NCBI GenBank assembly: GCA_943704425.1
Contig: CALSCP010000031.1
Coordinates: forward strand, 101,869-161,833
DNA: 59,965 bases
Origin: Ministeria vibrans ATCC 50519
Lineage: Eukaryota > Protista > Filasterea
Direction of reading: 5' to 3'
Made by a program: the position numbers and the translations under genes. Below are positions 16,599 through 29,865 of this stretch, piece by piece. Numbering within the stretch: position 1 is the first letter of the stretch; each line of letters opens with the position of its first letter. The notes under the pieces were generated by a model. That model was not told the DNA's origin and ran no database searches. It saw nothing but the letters and a program-made list of their open reading frames with translations.

Positions 16599-19500
16599 CA
16601 TTGGTGCAGTAGTACTCACGCAAGAACCGCACCACTGCATCCCATGGATGGCGAATCTCACGCACATGCTCAATGAGTGCCACAATGTTCAACGGTACGC
16701 CATTGTTGTTGTTGCCGTCGTTGTGCGCCGTCGAGTCGCTGACAAGCTCGTTCAGACGACGATTGAGTTCGCGTGCAAATGTGCTTACAAGGGCACTATC
16801 GGGCACTGCGCCACCATCAACATCCATGGCGGTATTCGATGACGACTTCATCGTCGTGCCACTGCCGAAGGCCACCACCGTACACTGACTATCGTCGCGT
16901 TGCCCATCGAGAGCGACATGTAACGCACGGCCATCCACGTCCAGTTGCAGCGTATGGAGACGGGTGTTGACCGTCACTGCAACATCCGATGGCACACGCG
17001 TGCGAAGGTACTCGATGCGAGCAATGGCACGCCACTCGTTGAGCAGCGCCTGCGGTGACATGGGCGCGCCGCGGTAGCGAAGTGTCAGAGGCGACGTATG
17101 GTTGTCAAGCTCAAGCGAGACACTCCAGTGCCACTCAAGACCCACCAATGAGATAAAGGCGCGCGCATTGCGCACGCGCGACTGTAATTCAAGCTGGGCA
17201 AAGTCATGTTTGGGCATGGTTCCAATGAGGACGTTACATGCAAGATTGGCAGAGGAGGGCGAGGGATGTGACGCTGGCGAGTTGACAAGGGGACTGTCGT
17301 GGTCCACGAGGCGTGCCTGACAGCCAGCGTTGATAAGACAGTCGCGCAAAAGATGACCCGCGAGTCGCTGCATGCAAAGGAACCCGGCCTGAGCGACACT
17401 CACAGGAGTTTGCGAGCTTGTGTCGACGGGCGACACGTCAAAGAGCACTGTACACTTGGGAGCGCCACCCACATGGGTATCTGCGGCACGAGCCACGCGA
17501 ACGGCAGCGTACGGAGGTGCACAGACAGACTGCCAAGCAACAGGAGACATGGAAACAGTGTCTTTGGTAGAGTCGTCGGGCTCATCGTTATCGTGGACAT
17601 GACCACAGGCAAGGAAGAGACCCGGAAGAGACGGGAGCGAAAGAAGCAGATCGAAGCCCGAGGGAGGTGTCACGCCGGTGGCTGAGCGCTCGCCCAGACC
17701 CGCTAGTTGCGCAACGGCACGTGCTTCGTTGATGCGAGCTCGCTCACGGAGGAGTGTTACAACTTTGCAAACGGCATTGGCGGGTGAGGCGCTGCTATTG
17801 AGCATGGCGCTCAGGTCACGCTCGTCTGCGTCTACATTGGTCAGTAGGTTGCCCGAGGGCGGATCGACACAAACAATGAGATGACACCCGTCGTTGGTGA
17901 GATGCAATACGGAGGTGGCAGAATCAACAGAGTAATGAGCGTTGGTGGAGGCGCGCGCAAGAGCTTGTGCGGCGGCCGTGCGAATGCTCGTGTGTCGATA
18001 GCGCACCTGAAGACGCACATTGGCACCGGCAGAAGCTGCAGCGCTGACCCCTCGCTTCGTTTCTCCCTCGCTTGTGTCCATGCGACTATTACTGATTTCG
18101 TCGTTGTTGTTGTCGGCATCACTGCCGCTATGGCTAGCGGAGAGCACACGTACGTCGGAAGGGTCGTCAAACAGATCCGACTGACGCAGGGCAATGGCAA
18201 GCTGTTCGACGCGAGCGTACGCCTGCAAGTCGATGGCGCGCTGGAAGAGCCCCTCGACGTCGAGCAACGAGAGAGGGGCGTGTGCAGAGAGGAGCGAATC
18301 TGAGCGACGATACGCAGGGCTCATGTTGCGTTGAAGGAGCTGTGCCGAGAGGGAAGGGGAGTGGGATATGGTGAGGGGACGACGGGCGTCGTCGCTGGGC
18401 ACGCTTACGCGCACCCACACACCCGGAACGTGTTGTTGCAGTGCCTTCCTTTGATTCTCAAGATGAACAGCCAGTCCCGAACCCTCGCGGCTCGTCGACG
18501 TTGCCAACGCCTGAAGTTTGGCGAGTTGCTGCTCGCGATAGAGTGCCGCCAATTGCACCTGATAGCGACGCCAAAAGGTCAGCGTGAGCTGCTTCCCCGC
18601 CTCGTACTCGACACGCACTTGGTCGTGCCATCGTTGCCGTTCCAGCTGACGCGCTTGTGCAGCAAGTACGTCCAGCTGAACGCGTTGACAAAAGCTGTGA
18701 AGCAAATCATAGAGGGCATTGAGTGCGACGCCGACGTGCGTCGTGTCATCGTGACCGTCCGTGTCGACGCTATGGTTGCGTGTTGCCTCGACAATGGCGT
18801 GTTGAGCAAGTTGCATAAGATAGTGACGCTGACTGTCGGTAATTTGCACCGGCTGGGCACCCTCAAGGGTGGGCGTGGTGAGCATGGACGAGGTGGAGCC
18901 GGCAGAACCTTGTGCGGCAAAGATGGGCGCATGGATGAGAAAGCCGATGTCCAGAAGAAGCCATGGATCGTCGGGTGAACGCAGGGTGAGCAGAGCCTCG
19001 AATTCTCCGGCGACACTTACGCGGAGGCAGCCAGCGTTCACACGAATGTCGGTGAGGTAGGGCGGCAGAGCGTTGAGATGTGCAATGAGAATGCCTCGAA
19101 TGTGATCGCTGAGTCGCGCAAGCGTCAGAGTGCGCTCGTCGGCGGTAAGCGACGATGGTCCGGCAATCTCGGACAGGATGGACGGCAAGCGATTGTAGCA
19201 GCCGGTCGAGAGGGCGTCGGTGGCAACGGTCATCGCAAAGGGAGGCATTCGCGCCTTCTCCAGCCGTGTGTGGAGCACGTAGGCTTCGTCGGCGGCCCGT
19301 GTGAACACCATGGACCGTGCACCGAGAACCCCCGCAAGGCGGTGCGCTTTGCGGGCGTCTTCAGCGCGATCTTGCGTCCACAAAAGGGCAACGAGCAGAC
19401 GGAGGAATCGCTGTCGCGTCGTCTCCGCGTACTCCAGCAACGCCGCCTTCCTCTCCGCGTCCTGCCGACGCGGGTTTCTAAATGGTGGTGGTGATGGTGG

Positions 19501-19670
19501 TGGTCAATGGGCTGGAGAGAGGGCACAGGGGAAGGACTTTGCAATCGCTTTTTTTTTTTTTGTTCGTACACTTCGACCAACGTTTGCAACGCATCATAAG
19601 ACTTTTGAACGGCGTAGTCAATGAGATCGCGTAGTGATCGCGATGGAACAACCACCGTGCCGGGCTCCAT
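15526..19670 (-). CDS. MED14: Mediator complex subunit 14 (one intron near the 5' end)
   Basis: LRDLIDYAVQKSYDALQTLVE/...ERKAALLEYAETTRQRFLRLLVALLW, ARMPPF...ATDALSTGCYNRLP, VAGEFEALLTL and LYDLLHSFC...QLDVL match the MED14 N-terminal domain. 1304-aa ORF. Confidence 0.92.
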
Positions 19671-19800
19671 GAAGCAAAGAAAGAAAGAAAGACTAATACT
19701 GTCTAAAAAAAAGTAATTTTATTCAACTCCCCTTGACTGTGATCTACAACGCCCTTTGTTTTCTTGCACACGCCTCTAGATCGTCGTAGTACACTCAAGA

Positions 19801-22800
19801 ATGGGGAAGAAGAAGTCGATGCAGGAGTCGGAAGACGAAATCGAACTCAACGCGTTGGATGGCGAAGACGGCGACGAATACGAAGACCCCAACGACCAGG
19901 CCATTGCCGAGGAGATCAAGGCTGGCAAGCATGGTAAACCCATCGCTTACGACGCTAATTTCAAGGTAAAGACCAAAACGAGTCTTTTGTGTATATATTT
20001 ACCCCAAAAAAGAGAGGAACCGACTCGTTTATGGCATTGCTGCTATGCATGGGCCCCTTCTCGCGTGTGTCCTGTGTTTGCCGTGGGGGTGTGTGGCCCG
20101 ACGTACAGTCGTCGGATGCGATAATACCGTCTTTTAGACGGAAGCGAACGAATTGAAATGACGTTTCCGTGTTTTCAAAAAAAAAAAAAAAAAAAAAAGT
20201 CGCTGCCAGGCCCTTTTGGAGGAGGTCTGGACGGTGGGCCTTGGGCGGTGTGGTGTGTGTTGCTTGCCACGTGCGTATTGCGCGCATTGCGTTTGTCGTT
20301 GGGTGCGAATGACGCGTTTGCGAAGAGCAAACAAGAGACAACAGTCGCGTCTAAAAAAAACCTCATTGTGTCTGTGTTGACGGTTTTTTTTTTTTCATCG
20401 CTGAATTAACGCACAAAATCGTTTGGTTTGTGTCCACTACAGGGTCCGCTGGACAAAAGGAGATGCCACGACGTGCCGTGCCTGTTGATTTTCATTGCGT
20501 ACATGGTCGGCATGGCGATTGTGGCTGGGTTTGGGTTTAAGAACGGCGATCCGCGTCGTCTGCTCACTCCCACCGACTCAAACGGCCGTCTCTGCGGCCA
20601 GTACTACGGCTCGGCCGCCCACCTTGATCTGCGCAACAAGAACAGCCTGATGATCCTCGACATTACCCAGTGTGCCGTGTCGGGCATTTCCAATCTGCCC
20701 AACTGCGCTGACTCACTTCAAGTCTGTGTTGCCACCTGCCCCGACACCCTCTATGTAAACCTTGTCTCAGGCGGCTCCCTCACCGCCGCCCTTGCCGATC
20801 CCTACTGTGACTATCTGGTCACGCCCACGGACAACAGTGAGCTGCAGACTGCCATTGACAGTACGTGAACCGCCCTCCCCTCCAAATTTTCGTTTTCGAT
20901 TTTCCAATTTTTATTTTGATTGCGTTTATTCGCATCGCACTTCAGAGGCCTCTATCCCAGATGTCTCCTCCAAAAAAAAAATCAAACAAACAAAAACAAA
21001 ACAAAACATCTTTTTTACTTCTTGTACATAGACGAACAATGTCCACCATACCTGGTCCCCAGTATTCAAATGCTAGGACGATGCGTGCCTGACCTGTCTG
21101 TTTTCGTCAACATGACGTACCAGGCCGGTTCGGCTGTCGACATTGTTGTGAGTCTCTCGGACCTGCAAGGTTACGTCAGCATCTTCTACAACGTCCTCAA
21201 CTCGGTCCCCAACGCCGACAAGGTCCTTCAAGATCTTCAAGCGGGATGGGGCTACATTGCAGCGGGGTGTGCGCTCGCTCTCCTCCTCTGCTACGTCTGG
21301 CTCTTCCTTCTCAACTACATCGCCGGCTACATGGTCTATATCTCAATGCTCGCGACCCTCGCCGGCTCAGCCGCCGTCGCTATTCTAGGCTACATCGAGT
21401 GGAAACAGGCGCAGATTGACAATGCAACAAATCCTCAAATGTGGGGTTCTCTCAACGTAAACCCAAAACAATCCCAACGCTATCTTTAAATCATTGTGCA
21501 CACGTAGGTGTCACAATACCAAGAATGGACATACCTTGGTCTTGCGATTGCAGCATGCATTGTGTTCGTGGTGGTCCTGCTGCTGTTCATCTTCTTTATG
21601 AAGCGCATTCGCATTGCCGTGCGGGTCGTCAAGGAGGCCGCTAAGGCAACGCGCTCCATGCCCTTCCTCGGCTTCTGGCCCCTCGTTGTGCTTCTCCTAC
21701 AGTTTGCCTGGCTCGCCTACTTTGTCTTTGTCGGCGCCTACCTTGTCACCAGCGGCACCCCCACCTACTTCAACACAAGCACCTCCCTTGCCCCCTGCAG
21801 CACTCCTGGCGGTGACTGTGTCTTCAACGAGTACTCATCCGATCTCACTCTCAAGGTATGAAAAAAAAAAAGTCTGGGGCGAGACAATAATTCCCATTGC
21901 ATGTTTTTAGGGAATGATTCTGTACCATTTGTTTGGGTTTTTCTGGACACTGAACCTCGTCTCTGCGTGGGGTCAGATTGTCATTGCAGGCGCCATTGCC
22001 GGCTGGTACTGGACCCGCGACAAGAGTGTAAGTGTAAAACTCGTGTATGTGTGTGTGTGCGTGTGTACGTCAGGGCCTTGTTTGTCTCTGTGCAATGATC
22101 AAGACGTTTTTTATTTGTATATTTTTGTTTTTGTGTCACACACTGTTTCTCAGACTGTGGAGACTCATTCACGGCGACTTATCCTATGTCTTCTCTCTCA
22201 CACACAGACGGTCAAGAGCCCCATCACCAATAGTGTCAAGCGAGCCTTCTTCTACCACATGGGCTCACTGGCACTGGGATCGTTCATTATTGCCGTCATC
22301 CAGACCGTGCGTGTGCTCCTCGAGTACGTTGCCCGCAAGACACACGCTCGTCGCAACATGATCCTCAAGTGGGTCATTTGCATTGTCCAGTGCTGTCTCT
22401 GGTGTCTTGAGAAGCTCATCAAGTACCTTAACAGAGTAAGCAAGGAAGCCAGTATCATTCACAATCACCCTCTCCAACTGATATCCCGTTTCTTCCCTCT
22501 CTCTTTTACTTTGTTTCATTCTTCTTTGTCTTTTGTTTCTTTCTCCTTTCTCTCTCTCCCTCTCTCTCTTAGAATGCGTACATTGAAATTGCTGTTTATG
22601 GGTATGGGTTCTGTCGTGCGGCATGGCGCGCCTTCAAGCTGCTCGCCCGCAACATCCTCCGCGCCATTGCCGTTGATCGTGTCGGCGCCTTTGTCATATT
22701 CATGTCTAAGGTACTAGCTATTTTACTCACTGTACTGTACCTCTCTCTTTCTCTCTATCACTTTGTTTCTTTCTCCCTCCTTTCTATCACTTTGTTTCTT

Positions 22801-23441
22801 TCTCCTTCCTTTCTATCACTTTGTTTCTTTCTCCCTCCTTTCTATCACTTTGTTTCTTTCTCCCTCCTTTCTATCACTTTGTTTCTTTCTCCCTCCTTTC
22901 TGTCACTTTGCTTCTTTCTCCCTCCTCTCTCTCTCTCTGACCACTCTTTATTTGTTTTCAGTTGGCTATGACTGCCATTACTGGTTTCCTGGCGTACTAT
23001 TTCTTCCGGTCGAAACAGGCCGAATACAATTACTACCTTGTGCCTGTGATCATCATTGGCATCTTTGCCTGGTTCTGTGCGCTCGTCGTCTTCAGCTCCT
23101 TTGACATGGCCAGTATGCACGCCTCAAACAAAACTTCTCATAGCTAACTCACTGTGCGTACTTTCTCTCTATCACTTTGTTACTTTCTCTCTCTCTCTCT
23201 TGCAGTTGACACTGTATTCCTGTGCTTCCTGGAGGATCTCGAGCGCAACGACGGTAGCGACGAGAAGCCCTACTACATGGCCAAGCAGCTGCAGAACCTG
23301 GCGGGCAAGAAGCCCAAGAAGAAGAAGAAGGATGCGTCGGCAAGTGAGGTCGACGCAGACAAGAAGAAGGACAAGAAGAAGAAGAAGCTCAGTAAGAGTG
23401 CCGCCCCTGAATGGACCAAGGAGGAGAAGAAGGGGAAGTAG
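19801..23441 (+). CDS. SLC44A: Choline transporter-like protein (SLC44/CTL family), multi-exon
   Basis: GPLDKRRCHDVPCL, GDPRRL.TPTDSNGRLCG, CPPYLVPS..MLGRCVP, FFYHMGSLALGSFIIA, CCLWCLEKLIKYLNR/NAYI and IDTVFLCFLEDLERNDGS..KPYYM. Confidence 0.95.
22755..22928 (+). repeat. Intronic minisatellite, 6 x 29-bp unit CTATCACTTTGTTTCTTTCTCCCTCCTTT
   Basis: Unit starts at 22755, 22784, 22813, 22842, 22871 and 22900, with few mismatches. Confidence 0.95.
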
Positions 23442-23532
23442 TCTTCTTTATTATTTCAATACAACATTATTCTACTAATAATAATAATATTATTATTTGA
23501 TTGTTGTGTATACATTATGCAATACTACATTA

Positions 23533-24560
23533 TTACGCCTCGGAGGCATCAGCACCAATATCATCATCGACATAAACCGCATCGCCCGTGGCACTTGTGG
23601 TGCGTCGCTCAATGGGCTCTGCAACCTCCTGAATCGCATCCAGTTGACGTACAATCTCCTTGAACGTGGGCCGTGTTGCGGGATCCGCTGCCCAACACGC
23701 TGTCATGAGCTGCGCATAGTCACTCTGCCACACAATCGACACAGCCGGTCGTTCCCCGCGCAGCACTGCCGCTTCAACATCAAACGGACTTGCATAGTGC
23801 TCAAAGGGCAGTCTTCGAGACATAATCTCCCACCTAAACAAAAATGAGTCGAAAACACATTTTACAGGTCAGGCAGGATCAGTTGCAAATATTCTTATCG
23901 CCCTCCTACATGATAATGCCATAAGAATACACATCGGCCGCTGAGCCATACACCTGCGACTGAATAACCTCCTAACAATATAATTATTGCATACACAAGT
24001 AAGTCCCATTGTGAGAAATATTTTGTGTAAAATTCTTACGGGACTCTGCCACAGAAGCGTGCCCACTCCCTGTGTCATCACACGGTACATTGACTCATCC
24101 TTTGCACTGCTACTACTACTCGACGCAGCTGCCAGGCCCTTGATGGTCCGTGACAGCCCACTGACCTCGATTGATGTCGCAGACTCACTGCGCCCCTTGC
24201 TTCCGTTGCCCTCGGTCGCCCCGTGCTGTCCCATCATCTCCGTGATCCGCGATGTTCCAAAGTCACTCACTTTCACCACCCAGTGATCACTCACAAGCAA
24301 ATTAGGGCTCTTGAGGTCCCGATGAATCCGCTCAGGTGTCAGTCCGTGCAAGAAGCGCATTCCTTTGGCCGCATCCAATGCAAACCGCACTTGCATTTCC
24401 CAGTCCAGCTCCACACTACTATCCATCAGCAAACGGTTCAACGAGCCCCGTTGCATAAACTACCAGGGCAATAAAAGAGTATTAGAGAAAGTGAAAGTGA
24501 TAGAACGAGACAGAGACATTTATACCTCTGTGACGAGAAACGGTACTCCCTTGAAAGACC
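23533..24560 (-). CDS. TKL/tyrosine-kinase-like protein kinase, C-terminal part only (subdomains V-XI); N-terminal exons missing
   Basis: PFLVTE/FMQRGSL, IHRDLKSPNLLV, VKVSDFG, GVGTLLWQSP(E), DVYSYG, WEIMSRRLPF and CWAADPATRPTF. No Gly-loop or VAVK exon is present upstream. Confidence 0.85.
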
Positions 24561-24589
24561 CTACACACAAACAAACAAACAAAGAGAAA

Positions 24590-24885
<296 letters not shown>

Positions 24886-24933
24886 TGAGACCACAACACA
24901 ACACAACACACTCAACAAGTAAAAACAGTTCAC

Positions 24934-25152
24934 CTCTCTGCGTAGATCGGCCGCTGCCAAGGCCTTCTTGACTGCCGGCATCACATCACTGGCACTGCCG
25001 TCCTTTCCTTGCGGCGCGTCCGTGTGCTTGTAGAGGAAGCCAAGCGAGACGGGCGTCCAGTGCACCGCAACACCCGGCAGCATCACCGAGACGCGCTTGG
25101 ACGCCATGTAGGCAAAGGGACAACATAGATCGTAGTAAAACTTGACGCTCAT
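24934..25152 (-). CDS. First exon of a glutathione S-transferase kappa / HCCA-isomerase (DsbA-like) protein; rest of gene absent
   Basis: MSVKFYYDLCCPFAYMASKR...VHWTPVSLGFLYK...KKA..AADLRRE matches the GST-kappa F-Y-D-x-x-(S/C)-P-(Y/F) and W-x-P-x-x-L-G motifs. The exon ends at a GT donor (24933). Confidence 0.8.
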
Positions 25153-25267
25153 CAGAAAATCAACAAAGAAATTGTGTGCGTGTGTGTGAAATGGACATTT
25201 GAGATTGAAATTATTTTACTTATTCATTTTAACTTTGAAGTAGTACTCATAACAAAATAGTATTGAC

Positions 25268-27079
25268 ATGCCCCCTCGACGAAAGGGCGGTCGCCTGGAT
25301 GATGAATCGGGTCGCAGCGCAAAGAAAAAGGCCAAGAGCAGCGTGGCGTGGGCGATTCGCGAGCGTGTTGAGAAGCACGTCGACCAGATTGCCCAGGTGT
25401 TCTCACGCGCCACCCCAGGCACGCCTGCCACTGCGACGCCCCTCGACGGTGTCCGTGTCATCCGCGATCCCTTTCCCATCTGCGTCATTTCGTCGTTTTT
25501 CGCCGACGAAGCGCTGCTGCGCGACGCTCGAGACGCCATCCTTGAGCTGCCGCTTGTTCCCAAGTGCAACGACCTCTACCACTTTCACCAGTCGCCTCAA
25601 GACCTCTGGGCGGGTCCCGTCACTCGGCAGGCGATCCATGATGACGACGACGAGGAGGAGGAGGAGGAGGAGGACGAGGAGGAGGACGAGAGCGAGTGTG
25701 AAGCGGCCATCATCACCGACTTGCGCACCTTTATGAAGGACCGTGTCCGTCCATGGGTGCGCGATCTCTCTGGGGGTGTTCCAGTGGACAAACACCGTGT
25801 TGATGGATTCTTTGCATTCTACGGACGTGGCGATCATTTGCTCTGTCACGACGATCAGTTGGAGACGCGACGCTATGCCTATGTGTTGTATCTCGTCGAC
25901 GAAGACTACTCGGCCGACGACGGTGGTGCACTCGAGGTGTTTGGCACAGATGACGCCGGACGTCCTCTTGCTCAAGCAGCGCATGCAATCATTCCTAAAT
26001 GGAATCAAGTGCGTCAAAACAAAAAAAAACAAAAATCCTTCTCAGCGATTTCTGTTCTCTCTTCTTAGTTGGTCATTTTTGAAGTGTCCCGCAGATCATG
26101 GCATCGCGTTGCCGAAATAGTCTCGACGGAGCGTCCTCGTCTGTCAATCACAGGCTGGTTTCATGGACCGCGCCAGAGCACATCGCCTGTCAGTCACGAC
26201 ACGCCGCTCGCTCTCGCTCTGCCCCATGCGAACCTCACACAAGGTCTGGTTTACAATGCGAGTGTGTTGTGCCCGGTTTCTTCTTTTACTCATCGTGCAA
26301 ATGGATGTGTTGTATAGATCCCGATGTGGTTTTGTCGTCGTGGATCAGCAGTGATTACACAGTCGCGCGCAGTGTCAAGAAGATTCGTCGTCTCTTTGAG
26401 TCCACTTCGAGTTGCCAACTCTGCGACTTCCTCTTGCCCGCACGAGCGCATGCGCTCAACACCGCCTTCAAAGCGACTCTGGATGGAAACTCTCACCCCG
26501 ACACAGCCCAGTGGGCTCTTGAAGGGTCGCCTGAACGCCAACACTTTCACACGTAGCAATGACAACAATGACGTGTGCACTGGGCTTTTGCATCTCACTC
26601 TGTTTGTCCTTTTCTCTAGCTTGAGGAACACCCGCGATGGCCCCATTGGCGAAATGTATGCGTTTCTGACAAGTGCTGTGTTTGTGGGGTATCTTCACCG
26701 GCTGACAGGTCTGGACCTGACTCAGTGCACTGCGGCTGTGGCGTGTTTTGCGGGTGGGGACTACACGTTGATGCATGACGGAGCAGAGGCCAGGGAGCGA
26801 CTTGATGCAGTCCTCTATGGGCTGTGTGGGATGCAGGGTGCAGCAGCAGAGAAGGAGGATGATGATGATGAAAGTGATGCAGTGTGGGACAGTGAGAGTG
26901 GCGGCTACACTTCGTATGCGTCGCCTGAAGAGACTGAGGAGCTCCTTTCGGTGCTCCCCGCCGAAAACACGCTGTCGCTTGTGTTTCGTGTGCCTCCTGC
27001 CATGCGTTTTATCAAGTACCTCAGTGTCAATGCGCCTCGGCAGCCACTTGTTCTCTTTGACGCAGTCTACTGCGAGTAA
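25268..27079 (+). CDS. OGFOD1: 2OG/Fe(II) ribosomal prolyl 3-hydroxylase OGFOD1/Tpa1
   Basis: DPFP, KCNDLYHFHQS, HLLCHDD (HxD), DGGALEVF, SWHRVAEI and RLSITGWFH, plus a second degenerate DSBH domain (GDYTLMHD, GGYTSY, NTLSLVFR..MRFIKY). Confidence 0.93.
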
Positions 27080-27343
27080 AACTCGAAACATCTCTTTTAA
27101 TTTGTGTACGATGATATGTGTCGGTTGCGACTCCTTAGCGTGTTACTGGTCATGGCATGAACCCATTGATACTTTGTACAACTAAAAAAATAAAATAAAT
27201 AATTTAATAATTATTGTATTAATAGATTTTGGTCATCATGATTATTATGAAAGTAATAACCGTTTGACTTGTTCGACCACACAACACTCTTTTTTCATTG
27301 TCTGCCGTGTCTCCTTCCTACACTCCCTACTTAACACACTGCA

Positions 27344-27727
27344 ATGGGCAAGACCTACGGACACTTCCGCCAAGCCGAGCGGTACACATGGGACCGATGG
27401 AGTCGATCGCACAAGAGTGATCGACCTTGGCTAAACTCAGACCAGGCTGTGCGCATTGACGGACGATTGCGCCTCCCACGATCCTGGTCACATGCCAAGG
27501 CCCTTGGTGTTCGTCGCCGAGAGAAGGAGACGCCTGCGCAGCCTGTCGATCGTGTGGTGGCATTGGCCGAGACCCAGAGTAAATTTTTGCGCATTCGATG
27601 GGCGACGCCCACTGACGAGGTCTGGGAGGTCCAGGACCGTCGACGAAGCCGTCTTTTTCGTCGTCAATCTCGACAGGTTGCAGGCGAGGGTGAGGATGAG
27701 GATGAGGATGAGGATGAGGGTGAATAA
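27344..27727 (+). CDS. Orphan Arg-rich protein, copy A (127 aa, intronless)
   Basis: Clean ORF in a GC-rich island. Paralogy with 28086-28487 is conserved at amino-acid level. Confidence 0.8.
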   Translation: MGKTYGHFRQAERYTWDRWSRSHKSDRPWLNSDQAVRIDGRLRLPRSWSHAKALGVRRREKETPAQPVDRVVALAETQSKFLRIRWATPTDEVWEVQDRRRSRLFRRQSRQVAGEGEDEDEDEDEGE

Positions 27728-28085
27728 CAATACGTTTTTCAGTTTGGTTTGTATAGTAATAATTTTTGTAATGCAACGTAAACATAAAAATAATAATATT
27801 ATGTAGCCCATTCCAATTAAGTCAGCAGTGAACTCAGAACTGTGACGTTTCATCACTTTCAAGTTTCAAGTTGGCGCGATACAGTCAATATCGCACACAC
27901 CTGTACACTTGAATTGGAAATTCATTCCCAGCTGCCAAAGCACTACATTCGCAGAACATCATTGAGATGTTATTTCCCAATTCTCTAATAAATTTATTTT
28001 TCTATTTCACAATTTTTACTCCCTCGACACTCACACAGACAACTAGACACTAGACACTGCTCACACTAGTAATTCTTTCTACATT

Positions 28086-28487
28086 ATGGGGAAGACATAT
28101 GGGCACTTTTCCATGGCGCAAGGCGACCGATTGAATGGACTCAAGGGCAGTCGCGCGGAGGGTCGACCTACGATCAACTCAGACCACGCTCGCCCTGTGG
28201 GAGCCCAAGGCGGAAAGCACCGCCTTCCACGCTCCAAGTCACATGCCAGGGCCCTAGGGATCGTGCGAAAGGACCCTTTGCCGGTCGCCCCGCAGCCCGT
28301 CGAGCGATTCGGCGTTCGAATTGCGCAAGAATTCTCATCCGACGAGACGTGCTGGGACGTACAGGACCGCCGCCGCCACCGCACCTTCCGACGATCCAAC
28401 CCCGCTCCCCTGCAATTTGAGGCCCGTCAGATCCGTGAGGAGCAACAACAGCAGGACGCGCACGAGAGCGACCACAGCGACAGATAA
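28086..28487 (+). CDS. Orphan Arg-rich protein, copy B (133 aa, intronless)
   Basis: Shares MGKTYGHF, RP..NSD.A, RLPRS.SHA.ALG, QPV.R and W.VQDRRR.R.FRR with copy A. Confidence 0.8.
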   Translation: MGKTYGHFSMAQGDRLNGLKGSRAEGRPTINSDHARPVGAQGGKHRLPRSKSHARALGIVRKDPLPVAPQPVERFGVRIAQEFSSDETCWDVQDRRRHRTFRRSNPAPLQFEARQIREEQQQQDAHESDHSDR

Positions 28488-28674
28488 ACAATGACGCAAC
28501 AATGTTTCTGTACAGTACAATTTCATGTGTGTCCCACTCTCTCTACCAAGAGTACTACTAAGTACAGGTTACTATCATCAGTTCTCTCTTTATCGGGACA
28601 GATGTTCTTCTTTGACTTCTGCAAGTATATATATATGTCCTAAGATTGAATACAAACATAATTATTACACGAGT

Positions 28675-29792
28675 TCAGTTTGAGTCTTCTCCACTGCTCG
28701 ACTCCGCACTCTCTTCGTCGTCGTCGTCGTCGTTGTTGTCATCGTCGTCGTCTTCCTTGTCTTCCGTATCACTCGCAGTGGGAAACGCAGAGCGCTCAGC
28801 ATCACTTGAAGCAAACTCCAACGTGGGAAACTCAATGACATTGATGTGTTGCAGAGCAGTGCGCAATGGCACGTCCATTGCCACACAGTGATACCGCCGC
28901 CTGTGTGCAGGCGACGGTCGTCGCAGCACGTGGCAGGTTACTTTGCTTCCATCTGAGTCACAACACAGACAAGAAAGACATGTAGAGTTGTTACTATAAT
29001 AATTCATAATTATTTTGTATTTCGGTTCACCTTGAAACCATTTTCGGAAGAGCAGTCGATTGCCGGTTGTGTTGTCAATGTGATCATTGTTATTGAGCGT
29101 GTTGGAGAGGAGTTCGCGCAGAGTGCGTCGCTCGTCGAAACGGTCGACAATGAGTCGGGCGTCGGGACAGACCAACTCGACGGTCCACGAGAGCGCACCG
29201 CCGTGGAGCACGCGCGAGCGGTTCTGCTCGTGTCGTTTCATCCCGGTGGGCATCACCCCTACTTCCATGTGTCGTTCACGGGCCGCCTGTACAACCTTGC
29301 GCAGTGTGGTGCTCAGTCCTGCGTAGGACGACGCAGACACCTTGCTTCGCTGTTCCTTGTGACGCCGCTTCTCCAATTGCTCCTGCAACTGCTGCTGCTG
29401 CTGCACAAAGAGCGTGTCGGCCCGCGTCGCCCGTGCGAAGTGCTGCAGTAGGTCAATGTCGCTGGACAGTGTGCCGTCGTGGAACTGCGACAGCGGCACA
29501 AACGCACTCGGCTGAAACACATCTTTGCACGACCCTTTGTGTTTCTTGAGACACGCTCCCGAGCACGCTTGCCAGTAGCATCCAGGGCACCTGCCATGCA
29601 AGGGAGTGAGACAACGCCAGGCGTAGCGAGCTATACGAACCGGTAGTTGGCACGCGCTTGATTACACTCTTGGCACAGCCCTAGTGGCTCGAAGCGTTGT
29701 TTTTGACGCGCCCGTTCAGACGAGGATGATGCTACAGTCGTCGACGGAGGTGTTGGGGATGACGCGGAGACATCCTCAAAGTGACGTTTCAT
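28675..29792 (-). CDS. ZNHIT6: Box C/D snoRNA protein 1 (zf-HIT)
   Basis: CQECNQARANYR/CPGC...CSGACLKKHK (zf-HIT), FVPLSQF...LSSDIDLL, MPTGMKRHEQNRS, LSWTVE and VIEFPTL. Confidence 0.88.
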
Positions 29793-29865
29793 CGAATAAC
29801 AAAATAAAGAATTATTATATTAATCAAGTTGCATAGTGTGTATTCGATCGATCTACACATGACGC

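Noticed and set aside
16533-16600. (CAC)n/(TAC)n repeat giving a poly-His/poly-Tyr ORF on the plus strand
   Set aside because: It is the antisense of a poly-Ser/Gly tract within MED14.
22755-22928. 29-bp direct repeats resembling a CRISPR array
   Set aside because: The repeats are head-to-tail with no spacers, lie in a eukaryotic intron and have no cas genes nearby; this is a minisatellite.
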